Source: Octopus sinensis
Lineage: Eukaryota
DNA: 64,000 nucleotides
Reading direction: 5' to 3'
NCBI RefSeq assembly: GCF_006345805.1
Contig: NC_042998.1
Location: 92,938,001-93,002,000 of the forward strand
Shown: positions 1 to 10,834 of the stretch, piece after piece
Numbering within the stretch: position 1 is the first letter of the stretch
Layout of the letters: each line of letters starts with the position of its first letter
The notes under the pieces: generated by a model
What the model was told of the DNA's origin: nothing
Database searches by the model: none
The model's input: the letters and a program-made list of their open reading frames with translations, nothing else
Made by a program: the position numbers and the translations under genes

Positions 1-618
1 ACTTCTGCCACTTTCCAGGGAGAAAAACTTGAAATAGTTGATAGCTTCCATTACCTAGGTGACCAAGTCAGTAGCGGGGGCGGGTGTGCTGAAAGTGTAA
101 CTGCTAGAGTAAGAATAGCTTGGGCAAAGTTCAGAGAGCTCTTACTTCTGCTGGTGACAAAAGGCCTCTCGCTCAGAGTAAAAGGCAGACTGTATGACGC
201 GTGTGTGCGAACAGCCATGCTACATGGCAGTGAAACATGGGCCGTGACTGCTGAGGATATGCGTAAGCTCGCAAGAAATGAAGCCAGTATGCTCCGATAG
301 ATGTGTAATGTCAGTGTTCATACTCGACAGAGTGTAAGTACCTTGAGAGAAAAGCTGGGCCTAAGAAGCATCAGATGTGGTGTGCAAGAGAGACGTTTGC
401 ACTGGTATGGTCATGTGGCGAGAATGGATGAAGATAGTTGTGTGAAAAAGTGCCACACCCTAGCAGTTGAGGGAACGTGTGGAAGAGGCAGACCCAGGAA
501 AACCTGGGACAAGGTGGTGAAGCACGACCTTCGAACTTTAGGTCTCACTGAGGAAATGACTAGAGACCGAGACCTCTGGAAGTATGCTGTACGTGAGAAG
601 ACCCGGCAGGACAAGTGA
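1..618 (+). pseudogene. RTE-clade non-LTR retrotransposon, C-terminal reverse transcriptase region (truncated at window edge, in-frame stop at 298-300)
   Basis: Frame +1 reads ...VDSFHYLGDQVS...RLYDACVRTAMLHGSETW...R*MCNV...RRLHWYGHVARM...RGRPRKTW...; YLG, GSETW, WYGHV and RGRP.KTW are typical RTE motifs; the same 3' end recurs at 53093-53284. Confidence 0.88.
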
Positions 619-1270
619 GATCATAATCCCGTAGCCTTCTACACGAGATGTAGCCAGTCCACTTATGCATACCTTCCCTTCCTGGGACACAAAACTCTAC
701 TTGTGAAGACCTGTTGAGGCAAGTCAGAATCAGAATCGAAATCGATCAATGGAAATTGCAGCTGAGGTACCAGTAGTGCTGGTGGAACGCAAGAGAACCA
801 TCCGAACGTGGCCGTTGCCAGCGCCACCCCGACTGGCCTCGTGCCGGTGGCATGTAAAAAGCACCATCCGTTCGTGGCCATTGCCAGCCTCACCTAGCCC
901 TTGTGCTGGTGGCACATAAAAAGCACCATCCGATCGTGGCCGTTTGCCAGACTCGTCTGGCACCTGTAACGCCGCCCCGACTGGCACGTAGAAAGCACCA
1001 TCCATTCATGGCTGTGCCGGTGGCACATAAAAAGCACCATCCGATCGAGGCCATTTGCCAGACTCGTCTGGCACCTGTGCCGGTGGCACGTAAAAAGCAC
1101 CCACTACACTCATGGAGTGGTTGGCGTTAGGAAGGGTATCCAGCCGTAGAAACATTGCCAGATCAGACTGGGCCTGGTGCAGCCTTCTGGCTTCCCAGAC
1201 CCCAGTTGAACCATCCAACCCATGCTAGCATGGAAAGCGGATGCTAAACAATGATGATGATGATGATGAT
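619..1270 (+). mobile_element. 3' UTR of the RTE element: tandem ~60-70 bp GTGCCGGTGGCAC units, conserved tail module and (GAT)n tail
   Basis: Repeated cgtgccggtggcac(g/a)taaaaagcacc units, then ggcgttaggaagggtatccagccgtagaaac...catgctagcatggaaagcgg and (GAT)n at 1251-1270; same order at 53290-53933. Confidence 0.8.
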
Positions 1271-1282
1271 ATATATATATTC

Positions 1283-1690
1283 ATCATCATCATCATCATC
1301 GTTTAATGTCTGCTTTCCATGTTGGCATGGGTTGGACTATTTGACTGAGGACTGGTGAACCAGATGGCTGCACCAGGCTCCAATCTGATCTGGCAGAGTT
1401 TCTACAGCTGGATGCCCTTCTTAATGCCAACCACTCCAAGAGTGTAGTTGGTGCTTTTATGTGCCACCGACACGAGGGCCATCAGGTGGTACTGGCAACA
1501 ACCACATTCAAATGGTGTTTTTTACGTGCCATCTGCACAGGAGCCAGTCCAATGGCACTGGCAACAACCTCGCTTGAATATTTTTTTCATGTGCTTGTAA
1601 GGCAACGCTGGTAATGATCACGCTTGAATGGTGCTTTTTACGTGCCACCAACACGGAAGCCAGTCAGCTGCTCTGGCAACCATCACACTC
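1283..1690 (-). mobile_element. SINE-like copy of the RTE tail module, reverse orientation
   Basis: (CAT)n-gtttaatgtctgctttccatg...gatgcccttc...aaccactcc is the reverse complement of 1090-1270; related copies at ~6140-6540, 8270-8720, 18395-18830 and 43215-43490. Confidence 0.8.
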
Positions 1691-1697
1691 ATATATA

Positions 1698-1739
<42 letters not shown>

Positions 1740-1741
<2 letters not shown>

Positions 1742-1895
1742 CGTGTGTGGTAAGAAGCTTACTTCCCAACCACATGGTTCTGGGTTCAGTCCTGCTGTGT
1801 GGCACCTTGGGCAAGTGTTTTCTACTATAGTTTCGGGCTGACCAAAACCTTGTGAGTGGATTTAGTAGAGAGAAACTGAAAGAAGCTTGTTGTAT
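1740..1895 (+). mobile_element. tRNA-derived SINE (family with ggcaccttgggcaagtg, CORE-like)
   Basis: gtgtggtaag...ggttctgggttcagtcc (A/B-box-like) followed by ggcaccttgggcaagtgtttt...gaaactgaaagaagc; further copies near 9575-9720(-), 10180-10300(-), 47290-47450(-), 49360-49520(-), 52370-52530(+), 57560-57720(-) and 62565-62720(+). Confidence 0.7.
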
Positions 1896-2164
1896 ATGTG
1901 TATATATATATATAGTAATTCCAAAAAAACGAAGAACAAGCACAAAAAAAAAACAACACGAGGATGTGATACATGTAAAGTATTAGCAGATGCTCAGGGA
2001 AGGAAAGATAGATGGTTCAACATTTCGAGCAGAGCACTTCTTCAGAAACAGAGGAAAGTCCAATACAAAAGGGAGATGGAGAAAGAAAATCACCAACGAT
2101 TCACATGTGGTTACATTTTGAAATGACCGGAAGGGAATGGGTGAAGAAAAAGTTTGTCTAAGAC

Positions 2165-2217
2165 AGGAGAGTGTGAGAGAAGAAGGTATGTGTGTGCGCG
2201 AGTGCGTATGTGTGTGC

Positions 2218-2266
<49 letters not shown>

Positions 2267-3700
2267 TGTTGTGTAGTGTTGGCTTGTGTGAGTGAACTTT
2301 GTGTCTCTTAATGTTGTAGGAAGAATTTGGCAGCATGGTAACAGGAGTGGTTGTCTTTTGTGTAGTTGTGTGCATAGAGGAATGGTCAGTAAAAAGGTGT
2401 TTGACTGGCAGTTTGGAGTATGTGTGTGCATGTATATGTATGTGTGTGCGTCTATGTGTATGTTGTGTGTGTGTGTCGTGTGTGTAGTGTGTGCATGTCT
2501 GAATGAGTGTGTGTGCGTGTGTGTGTGTATATGTGTGTGTATGTGTATAGGGGGTTGTGTGTGTGGGGTTGTGTGTGTGGAGTTTTATGTGTGTGTGCAT
2601 ATGCATGTATGTGTATGTGTGTATATGCTCATGTATGTGTAATTGTGTGTGTGTATGTATGAGTGTGTATGTTCATGTGCATGTGCATGTGTGTATAGGT
2701 GCATGCATGTGTATATGTGTGTGTGCGTGTGTGTGTGTATGTGTGTGTGTGTGTGTGCATATGCATGTATGTGTATGTGTGTGTATGTGTGTGTATATGT
2801 GTGTGTATGTGTATGTGTATGTGTGTGTATATGTGTGTGTGCGTGTGTGTGTGTATGTGTATGTGTATGTGTGTGTATGTATGTATGTGCATGCATGTGT
2901 GTGTGTTTATGTGTGTGTAGTTGTATGTACGTGTGTGCATGTATGTGTGCGTGTGTGTGTATGTAGGTGTACGTATGTGTCTGTACATGGAAATGTGTGT
3001 GTTAGGTATGTGTGCATTCAGGTGTGTGTGCACGTGCATGTGTGTGTGCATGTGTATGTGCATGTGTTTGTGCATGTGTGTGCATGTGTGTATGTGTATG
3101 TGTATGTGTGTGTGTATGTGTATAGGGGGTTGTGTGTGTGGGGTTGTGTGTGTGGAGTTTTATGTGTGTGTGCATATGCATGTATGTGTATGTGTGTATA
3201 TGCTCATGTATGTGTAATTGTGTGTGTGTATGTATGAGTGTGTATGTTCATGTGCATGTGCATGTGTGTATAGGTGCATGCATGTGTATATGTGTGTGTG
3301 CGTGTGTGTGTGTATGTGTGTGTATATGTGTGCATGTGCATATGTGCTCATGTGTGTATATGTATATGTATACGTGGGGTTGTGTATGTAGAGGTAAATG
3401 TGTGTCCTTGTGCGTGTATGTGCATGCATGTGTGTGTGTGTGCATGTGTGTGTGTTTATGTGTGTGTAGTTGTATGTACGTGTGTGCATGTATGTGTGCG
3501 TGTGTGTGTATGTAGGTGTACGTATGTGTCTGTACATGGAAATGTGTGTGTTAGGTATGTGTGCATTCAGGTGTGTGTGCACGTGCATGTGTGTGTGCAT
3601 GTGTATGTGCATGTGTTTGTGCATGTGTGTGCATGTGTGTATGTGTATGTGTATGTGTGTGTATGTATGTATGTGCATGCATATGTGTTGTGTGTATGTG
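2165..3700. repeat. 1.5-kb compound (GT/AT/GCAT) microsatellite with an internal ~575-bp duplication
   Basis: Low-complexity GT/AT tract; marker atagggggttgtgtgtgtggggttg recurs at ~2547 and ~3122. Confidence 0.95.
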
Positions 3701-4542
3701 CAATATCAGTGACATAATCAATTGTATGATCTCTGTATCTTTTAAAATCCATGTTTAGCATAAAATATGACTTTTAGTGATGTGAATAAAAAAATTTTAA
3801 AAATACAAAAGAAAAACTAACAAAAAAAAAACAAAGTGAAAAGCCCCAAACCCGTCACCAAAACAGAATCTTGAATTAATATATTATGTGATATGTAAAT
3901 ATCTTTAGAGAGAGTACTTTTGGTTGAGGCAAGCTGATGAAAGATTTATTTCTTCAAGTTAAAAGATTTATGAATAAGTAGATGCTTTTTAAACTTACAG
4001 GTGTTGCTCTAAGAAGAAGAAAAGCAAGCACTAACATAGCTAAAAGATTGTAGGGTGGCAGTTCACCTTGGGAAGCATTTTTAGGGAGCAACACATTCTA
4101 TATAATTTTCTTGTCATTTTTTAATCAGGTGGGAATATAGCATCCATGACCCTTTACAAGATCTCTGAGATTGGAGGGGAGGAGGAGGGAAGAAGGGAGG
4201 CATCCACAAAAAGAAAACTTACTTCAGATGCTTGCAACAGAATGAACTCCACAAAAGACACTCAAGATTCCAGGTGGGGAAGTCAAACAAGACAGCTGAT
4301 TAAATTTACCACCCAAGTAGGCTATTTCAGAATTTGAACTTTGAATGTAAAGAGCAAGAACAAAGACCATTCATGTGGCACATACTTTAGCATGCCCCTG
4401 ACAAGAAGTGATCATTATATTTGCAATTCCTCCATTGTTTTTAAAGTTTTTCTGTTGATATATCAAAGGATTAAATTAAGGTGTTGCAACAAACAGTTAA
4501 TGTTTTGTAAGGAACTGTTGGAAATCAAAGTTCTTATTTAGA

Positions 4543-4578
<36 letters not shown>

Positions 4579-4658
4579 TCACAGCCTCAAGGCTGAAACA
4601 TATAAAAGAATAAGAGAATATGTATGCATGTATGTATGTATGTATGTATGTATGTATG

Positions 4659-4985
4659 TGCTACTGGTAACATGTAACCCAGTACAACCTGTTGCATGGT
4701 CGGATCGTCGGTGACTAAACCGGCAACCCCACCAAGCTTGCTTGGTGAGGAGGGTGTTTATTGGACACCCTGCGGGATGAAAAACAAAACCCGTCAAAGG
4801 GCGGAGGAAATCTTGAGAGTCAATGGCTATCCAATAAATGTCTTAAGGCTGTATCATGCGCGGGGACATAGAAATAATTGGACTGAATACCCGATCGCGT
4901 GGTTAAACCATTGGGAGTGTAGGACTCCTAGCCTTTGTTAGGGCATCCTTCAAGGAGAAGGTAACTCAGACATAAAACCTGCTGC
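4659..4985 (+). mobile_element. CpG-rich structured element resembling an RTE-type LINE 5' UTR
   Basis: Starts directly after (TATG)n; three short perfect hairpins (4730-4747, 4751-4771, 4913-4929); ends ...aggagaaggtaactc, similar to RTE 5' UTRs recalled from memory. Confidence 0.4.
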
Positions 4986-5194
4986 TCAGTGGTTACCGAT
5001 GATGTTGACTTGTTCTTCTTTTCAGATTATGGCTCCTGTTGCTTAGTGAATGGGATTGACTCAGTGCACAGCCTTTCCTCACTTTAAAAAAAATCGTCTT
5101 GAACAGGCATTGCATGATAACAACATTGATTAAGCTTCATGCAATGGCCATACTCGATAATGAGGGGGCAGCCACCACCATGTATGTATGTATG

Positions 5195-5225
<31 letters not shown>

Positions 5226-5493
5226 GTATGTATGTACGTATGTATGTATGTATGTATGCATGCATGCATGCATCTATCTATCTATCTATCTATATAACTG
5301 AAGGATGAAAATTAATCAAAGGACATACTAAATATGTCCTTTGATTCATTTTTATCCTTCAGCTATTTAATACTCTGCAATGTCCTCTATTATTGACTCT
5401 GTTATTATCATTATTAATTGTTACGCTAGATAATAACAGAGTCAATAATATCTTTGCAAATATTTTCTCATGAATTATTTGCTCCGTATTGAA

Positions 5494-5525
<32 letters not shown>

Positions 5526-5558
5526 ATGATGATGATATATATATATATATTTATGTAT

Positions 5559-5601
<43 letters not shown>

Positions 5602-5983
5602 CGTTTTGGGATTTGGTTTGCAAGATTCTTTATGTGAGTTCGTATATTGAAGCATATTTTGTTGTGTCTGGGGAGAGTCATTCATTTTAAGTGCCTTATT
5701 ATTTAACACACTCACCAGTTAAGTTTCTACTCTTTCACTTGTATATATATATATTAAGAAAATATATAGGGTAGGAAAATTATAGAAATCTTTCTACCAG
5801 TGGCTAGCATGTGTAAAATAGTCAATAGACAACATATTTTTCATATAAAATTAGTGCACATTTAAACACAAAAGAGTTCACTCTAACAGGATACCTTACA
5901 TGCTAGAAGGAACAGTCAAAGTCCAAACCACAGTTAAGAGCAATTTCAAAGAGAATGAAAAATAAAAACATTTACAATATTTA

Positions 5984-6057
5984 CTTCCTGGACCTAGGTT
6001 TCGAACATTAATTAACAAATAAAACAATTTGTTAGACGAAGTTCTCATCAGCGGGAG
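5984..6057 (-). ncRNA. Type I hammerhead ribozyme motif with extended stem II and palindromic stem III
   Basis: Minus strand: cucccg-CUGAUGA-GAAC[34 nt including AACAAAU/AUUUGUU hairpin]GUUC-GAAAC-CUAG-GUC-caggaag. Core intact; stem III ACCUAGGU is self-complementary; stem I has 4 of the first 5 pairs. Confidence 0.72.
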
Positions 6058-6523
6058 TGGCAAAAAATTAACATATAATTATGAGGCAAAATAGCACATG
6101 TCGCATCTTTATATATTATAATTTTTCAAATCCACCATCAACATCGTCATTTAGTATCTGCTTTCCATGCTGGTATGGGTTAAACAGTTTGACTGGAACT
6201 GGTCCAACCCATGCTAGCATGGAAAGCGGACGTTAAATGATGATGATGATGATGATGATTAGCCAGAGAGCTATACAAAGTTCCAGTCTGATTTTGCATG
6301 GTTTTTACAGCTGGATGCCTTTCCAAATGTCAACCACTCCAAGAGTGTAATGAGTGCTTTTTACCTGCCTGGGGTATGGGTACCATTTACATGACACCAG
6401 CATCAGTTACAACTACAATTTCACTTAGCTTGATGAGTCTTTTCAAGCATAGTATATCTACCAACAGTCCTTTTGGTCACTTCTCATCAACTCCATGAGG
6501 CCCAACGTTTGAAGAGTGCTTCT

Positions 6524-8257
6524 TATGTGCCACTGGCAAATAACCATTTGACCCAGACTGCCTTCTTCCATCTGTTAAACCTGGAGGAGGATCTGAGTGA
6601 TCTGGGGGACTATATCTTGGAAATCCATTGGCCCAATAGTTTTCCTTTATGGCAGAATTAATAGACAAGACTATTTATTTGATCAAATTCATCCTATGGT
6701 TGTGGAACTGTTTCCAGAGGGAAACGCAATCTTTCAGGATGATAATGCACTAATTCCCACAGTTAAAATTGTTACTGAATGGTATGAAAAAGATTCTAGT
6801 GAGGTTGAACATCTTATCTCACCACCACAGTCCTCAGATCTCAATATTATTGAATACTAGCAGCATAGCCCAGCGTTGCCCGGGCATGTAAGAGCCCCTA
6901 GTAGGCAACGACTAATCCCAATCTAGTCCTTTCCCTCTAGGGAACGAACGCGCATGTGTAGGTTGCAATGTCTTCTCTTCACTCCCAAATAACTATCAAA
7001 CAGCTATCGATAATTCAACCCAACCAATTCCTACCAGGAAGAAATTACATTCGAGACTTTACCCCCAACTTTACTGCCACTTCTGCTAATAGCTGCTGCA
7101 GCCGCAAGTTATTCGAATACTTTTTTTGTCTAAACTTTCTTTATAACTACCACCCCAAACGTTTTACCTTAAATTTTTGACGTACCTTAAGGGTCCTCGG
7201 ACGCTACTTGCAAACTCTTGGTTTATTATAAACTGCTTTTGTCATGTGCACCAAAAAACCCTTTTCCCTTCGTTTGTTGAGTTTGGTCACTTTTGACTTT
7301 TTCGTTGTTGTCACTCACATTGCTGCCCGCTTTTTTGCCGTTTTTGTACATCTTTATACATTTTGGGAAACTTACTCCACGTGTTCCGAGAGTTAAAAAG
7401 GTCGAGTTGCGTCCCCATGACAGTCTGTGGTTTGTGTTTAATACACAAATCGGTTTGCTATGTGTGCCACATATGATTTAATTAACCGATTTTTTCCAGT
7501 AATAAAGTATCCTATTGGAATAAAAAGTGCCATATAGCTCCTTGGAGCAGACATGATGCTCGCTGTGAATTTAAAAAAAAAATTCCTGCCAATTTGTGAA
7601 AGATATTGTCGAAAATATGTCATCTTGAATTTGAACGCGATTTCCCAAAATGGCATGAGTTTATCGATTTTTTCTGATGGTAAGGTATTGCATGGAAAAC
7701 TAACGTCAGAATTAAGTTTCTTAGGTAACATTAAGCTTCACCATGAGTTTGGTGAAAATCGATTGCAAGTTGCGAAAACTACAACAGAAAATGTGTTGCA
7801 TATAAAAAGCTTAGATTCTCGACCCCATGTCGAATTTATCGATTTTTTTCAGAACTGGGGGAACGTTTCAAAATTTTCGCTGGATTAGTTTTGAATTATG
7901 ACATTGGGCTATGTGTGTGTCAAGTTTCATCAGAATCGGTTGAAAGCCGTGGTCAAGGTGAGGGTACAACCTGACAGACACACAGACAGACAAACTGCTG
8001 TTTATATATAGAGAGATTTATGGTGCATTTTAGAAAAACAAGTAAGAAGTCGATATCCTCCACCATCATCATTACAAGAACTGGAGACTGTTTTAGCTGA
8101 AGAATGGACAAAAATTCCTTTGGAAACAATTCAAACTTTGTACGAGTCCATACCTCATAGAATTCAAGCTATAATTACTGCCACAGGCGGTCTTACTCCA
8201 TCTTAAAATTAATTTGTTTGACATTTTAAGGTATTTCTATTATTTTGTCCAGCCCTG
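6524..8257 (+). pseudogene. Tc1-like transposase relic (5'-truncated) split by a Helitron at 6857-8016
   Basis: SVKPGGG...MIWGTISW...FQDDNA...PPQSSDLNIIEY | LWCILEKQVRSR...IITATGGLTPS* (stop at 8204-8206); D-to-E spacing 36 aa; right terminus ...ttgtccagccctg followed by TA. Confidence 0.85.
6857..8016 (-). mobile_element. Non-autonomous Helitron, 1160 bp
   Basis: Minus strand starts TC (8016-8015) and ends CTAG (6860-6857), with a subterminal GCCCGG-gcaacg-CTGGGC hairpin (6885-6868). Inserted between A and T with no TSD; removal restores GAA TAT TTA TGG in the Tc1 frame. Confidence 0.85.
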
Positions 8258-8269
8258 TATGTATCATCA

Positions 8270-8718
8270 TCATTGTCATCATCATCATCGTTTAGTGTCC
8301 GCTTTCCATGCTAGCTTGGGTTAGATGGTTTGACTCAAGACTGGCAAGCCTGAAAGCTGCATCATGCTCCTGTCTAATGCCAACTACTCTGAGAGTGTAG
8401 TGGGTGCTATTATGTGCCGCCGGCATGAGGGCCAGTTGGGTGGTACTAGTATTGGCTATGCTCAAATGGTGTTTTTTACATGTCACCTGCTCAGGAGCCA
8501 GTCCAGCGGCACTGGCAATGACCTCGCTCAAATGTTGCTTTTCACATGCTACCGGCACAAGTAGTTGTAAAGCGAAGCTGGTAACGATCATGTTCAAATG
8601 GTGCTTTTTGTATACCACCGGCACGGGGGCCAGTCAGCAGCCCTGGCAATGATCATGCTCTTAGCACTCCACTAGCATGGATGCCAATCATGCAGTGCTG
8701 TCATCGAATTTGATTTCG

Positions 8719-8720
<2 letters not shown>
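8270..8720 (-). mobile_element. SINE-like RTE tail module copy
   Basis: (CAT)n-gtttagtgtccgctttccatgctagc...ctgagagtgtagtgggtgct; homologous to 1283-1690. Confidence 0.75.
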
Positions 8721-8756
<36 letters not shown>

Positions 8757-8760
<4 letters not shown>

Positions 8761-8887
8761 TTGGCTATTAATTCTGCCATGAAGGAAAATCATTGGGCCA
8801 GTGGATTTCCAAGATATAGTCCCCCAGATCACCACAGATCCTCCTCTGTGTTTAACAGTTGGAAGAATGCAGTCTGAGTCAAATAGT

Positions 8888-8890
<3 letters not shown>
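8757..8890 (-). mobile_element. Second, inverted Tc1 fragment
   Basis: Reverse-complement match (many substitutions) to 6524-6668: ...tttccaagatatagtcccccagatca...tcctcc...tttaacag. Confidence 0.75.
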
Positions 8891-8920
<30 letters not shown>

Positions 8921-9136
8921 TATTATATTTCTAAATATCTCAGAGAGATATGAGCGGTGGTGGAATGATAGAGCGGTTGTATGCTGTCAACTTAATGTGA
9001 CAGTGCTGTAAAAGGAATCACACCACCACTATTTAGCCCTAGGAAGCATCGACGCTTCCTGTCAGCTTTGACACATTTCCTGTATCCTTATGTTTACGAA
9101 GGGGGAGACAAGCATCCCCAACAGCAAGGCCTGCAA

Positions 9137-9180
9137 CCAAAGACATGCATGTTTCTGAGTCTTGCTCATCGTTAGTCTGG
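9137..9180 (-). ncRNA. Type I hammerhead ribozyme motif (G5A variant) at the 3' end of a Penelope-like ORF
   Basis: Minus strand: CCAGA-CUAACGA-UGAG-caaga-CUCA-GAAAC-AUGCAU-GUC-UUUGG. Stems I and II pair fully; stem III ACAUGCAUGU is a palindrome; only core deviation is G5->A. Confidence 0.8.
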
Positions 9181-9478
9181 AGTAGCATGGCCTGCTAGCT
9201 GAAGATGCTTGTAAAGCCTTCGTAAACATATATATGTTGGATGGCTTCTGTGCAAGGACAATCCAAACATGGACAGGTGTTCCAAAGAGTGACTAGTAGA
9301 ATGGTAATAGTGTGAAACCAGGGTGTCATTGCCGAGGCAGATGTCTTGGAGGTGTTCTGCGAACCGCTCAGCCAAGTGGCGTCCCGTTTGTCTGATGTAC
9401 AGAGAGTGGCAGGGAGAGCAGGAGATGCAATAGATGATATTGGTAGAGGTGGAGGAATCGGTGATGTGATAGGGTCGA
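9172..9478 (-). pseudogene. Penelope-like element GIY-YIG endonuclease C-terminal fragment
   Basis: STSTNIIYCISCSPCHSLYIRQTGRHLAERFAEHL matches the PLE GIY-YIG pattern (N.IY.I.C..C...YIGQT.R.L..R..EH) with YIG->YIR; 5'-truncated at a (TA)n tract. Confidence 0.85.
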
Positions 9479-10738
9479 TATATGTATATATATACACATA
9501 TATATATACATATATATATGTATATACATATATCTATATATATATATATACACTCACACACACACAATAGGCTTACACACAATTTCCATCTGCTAAATTC
9601 ATTCACAAAACATTAATCATGCTGGGACTACAATAGAAGACACTTTCGCCAGGTGTTGCCCTCTGGGGTTGAATCCAAAGCATAGTGAGCTTGTTACTCA
9701 GACAGCCATACATGCAGGTAGAAAAATGCTATATTGAGCCTATAACTGCCAATATCTGTATTAATAGAAGGTGGTGAGCTCACAGGAATGTTAGCATGCC
9801 AAGTGAAATACTTAGCGGTATTTCATCTGTCTTTTTATTCTGAGTTTAAATTTTACTGAGGTTAACTTTACCTCTCATTCTTTTGGGGACGATAAATTAA
9901 GTAGCAGTTGTGTACTGTGTTGATCTAATCAACTAGCCCCACTCTATAAAAATTTCAGGCCTTGTGCCTAGAGTAGCTGTTCAAGCTAAGCACCCTCTAC
10001 ATCAAGGGAGTTGCCAAATCACTTCTGATTCAACCAACTACTATTAACCTTCACATCTGCACTGATGAAACTATCAATCTGCCAGTAACTGTTGAGGCGT
10101 CTGTCACATTTGTTTATGGGGATATAAACAAACCAACACTTGTTGTCAGGTGGTGGTAGGGGACAAATACACATGCACACACATATGCACACATACTCAA
10201 TGCAAGGCTATAGTAGAAAACATTTGCCCAAGGTGCTACACGGTGTGACTGAACCTGAAGCTACATGGTCGCAAACCAAACTTCTTAACCATACAGCCAT
10301 GTCCAAGAGAACAAAATAAATCCAAGATTGAAGCTAAAATATTTCTGTTCATCTAACTGTGTAACTATAGTTTCCTCTTCTTGAAAAAACATAAGGGAAC
10401 AAACCATTATATGAATATTTGAGATGATAATGAGATTTGGAAAATATTCCAAGGAAAAACAATTTTAAATATGGAAAAAAAAACATTCTTATATCATATA
10501 TTTGCTAATCCCATCTGCCTAATTCTCACAGGTGTGCTCATATCACTTCCATATGGAAAACATAACAATATACAAACTGATGTGATAAAGTGTTATATGC
10601 ATATACGTGCATGTGTTCAAAAAGTATACATATATGCATACATACACACATGCACACATGCTGATCCACTTCCATTTACATGCACATGGATATATATATA
10701 TATATATATGCATACATACATACATATATATGTATATA

Positions 10739-10777
<39 letters not shown>

Positions 10778-10798
10778 ACTTATATATATATCTGCGCA

Positions 10799-10834
<36 letters not shown>

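Noticed and set aside
1983-3761. Many long H/T/Y- or C/V/M-rich ORFs (also 10471-10980, 40081-40505, 42891-43246, 44565-45183, 47944-48421, 52438-52930, 59038-59365)
   Set aside because: Stop-free translations of (CA)n/(TA)n/(TACA)n microsatellites, open in several frames on both strands.
3934-3960. CTGATGA followed by a 4-bp hairpin
   Set aside because: No GAAA core strand or cleavage triplet.
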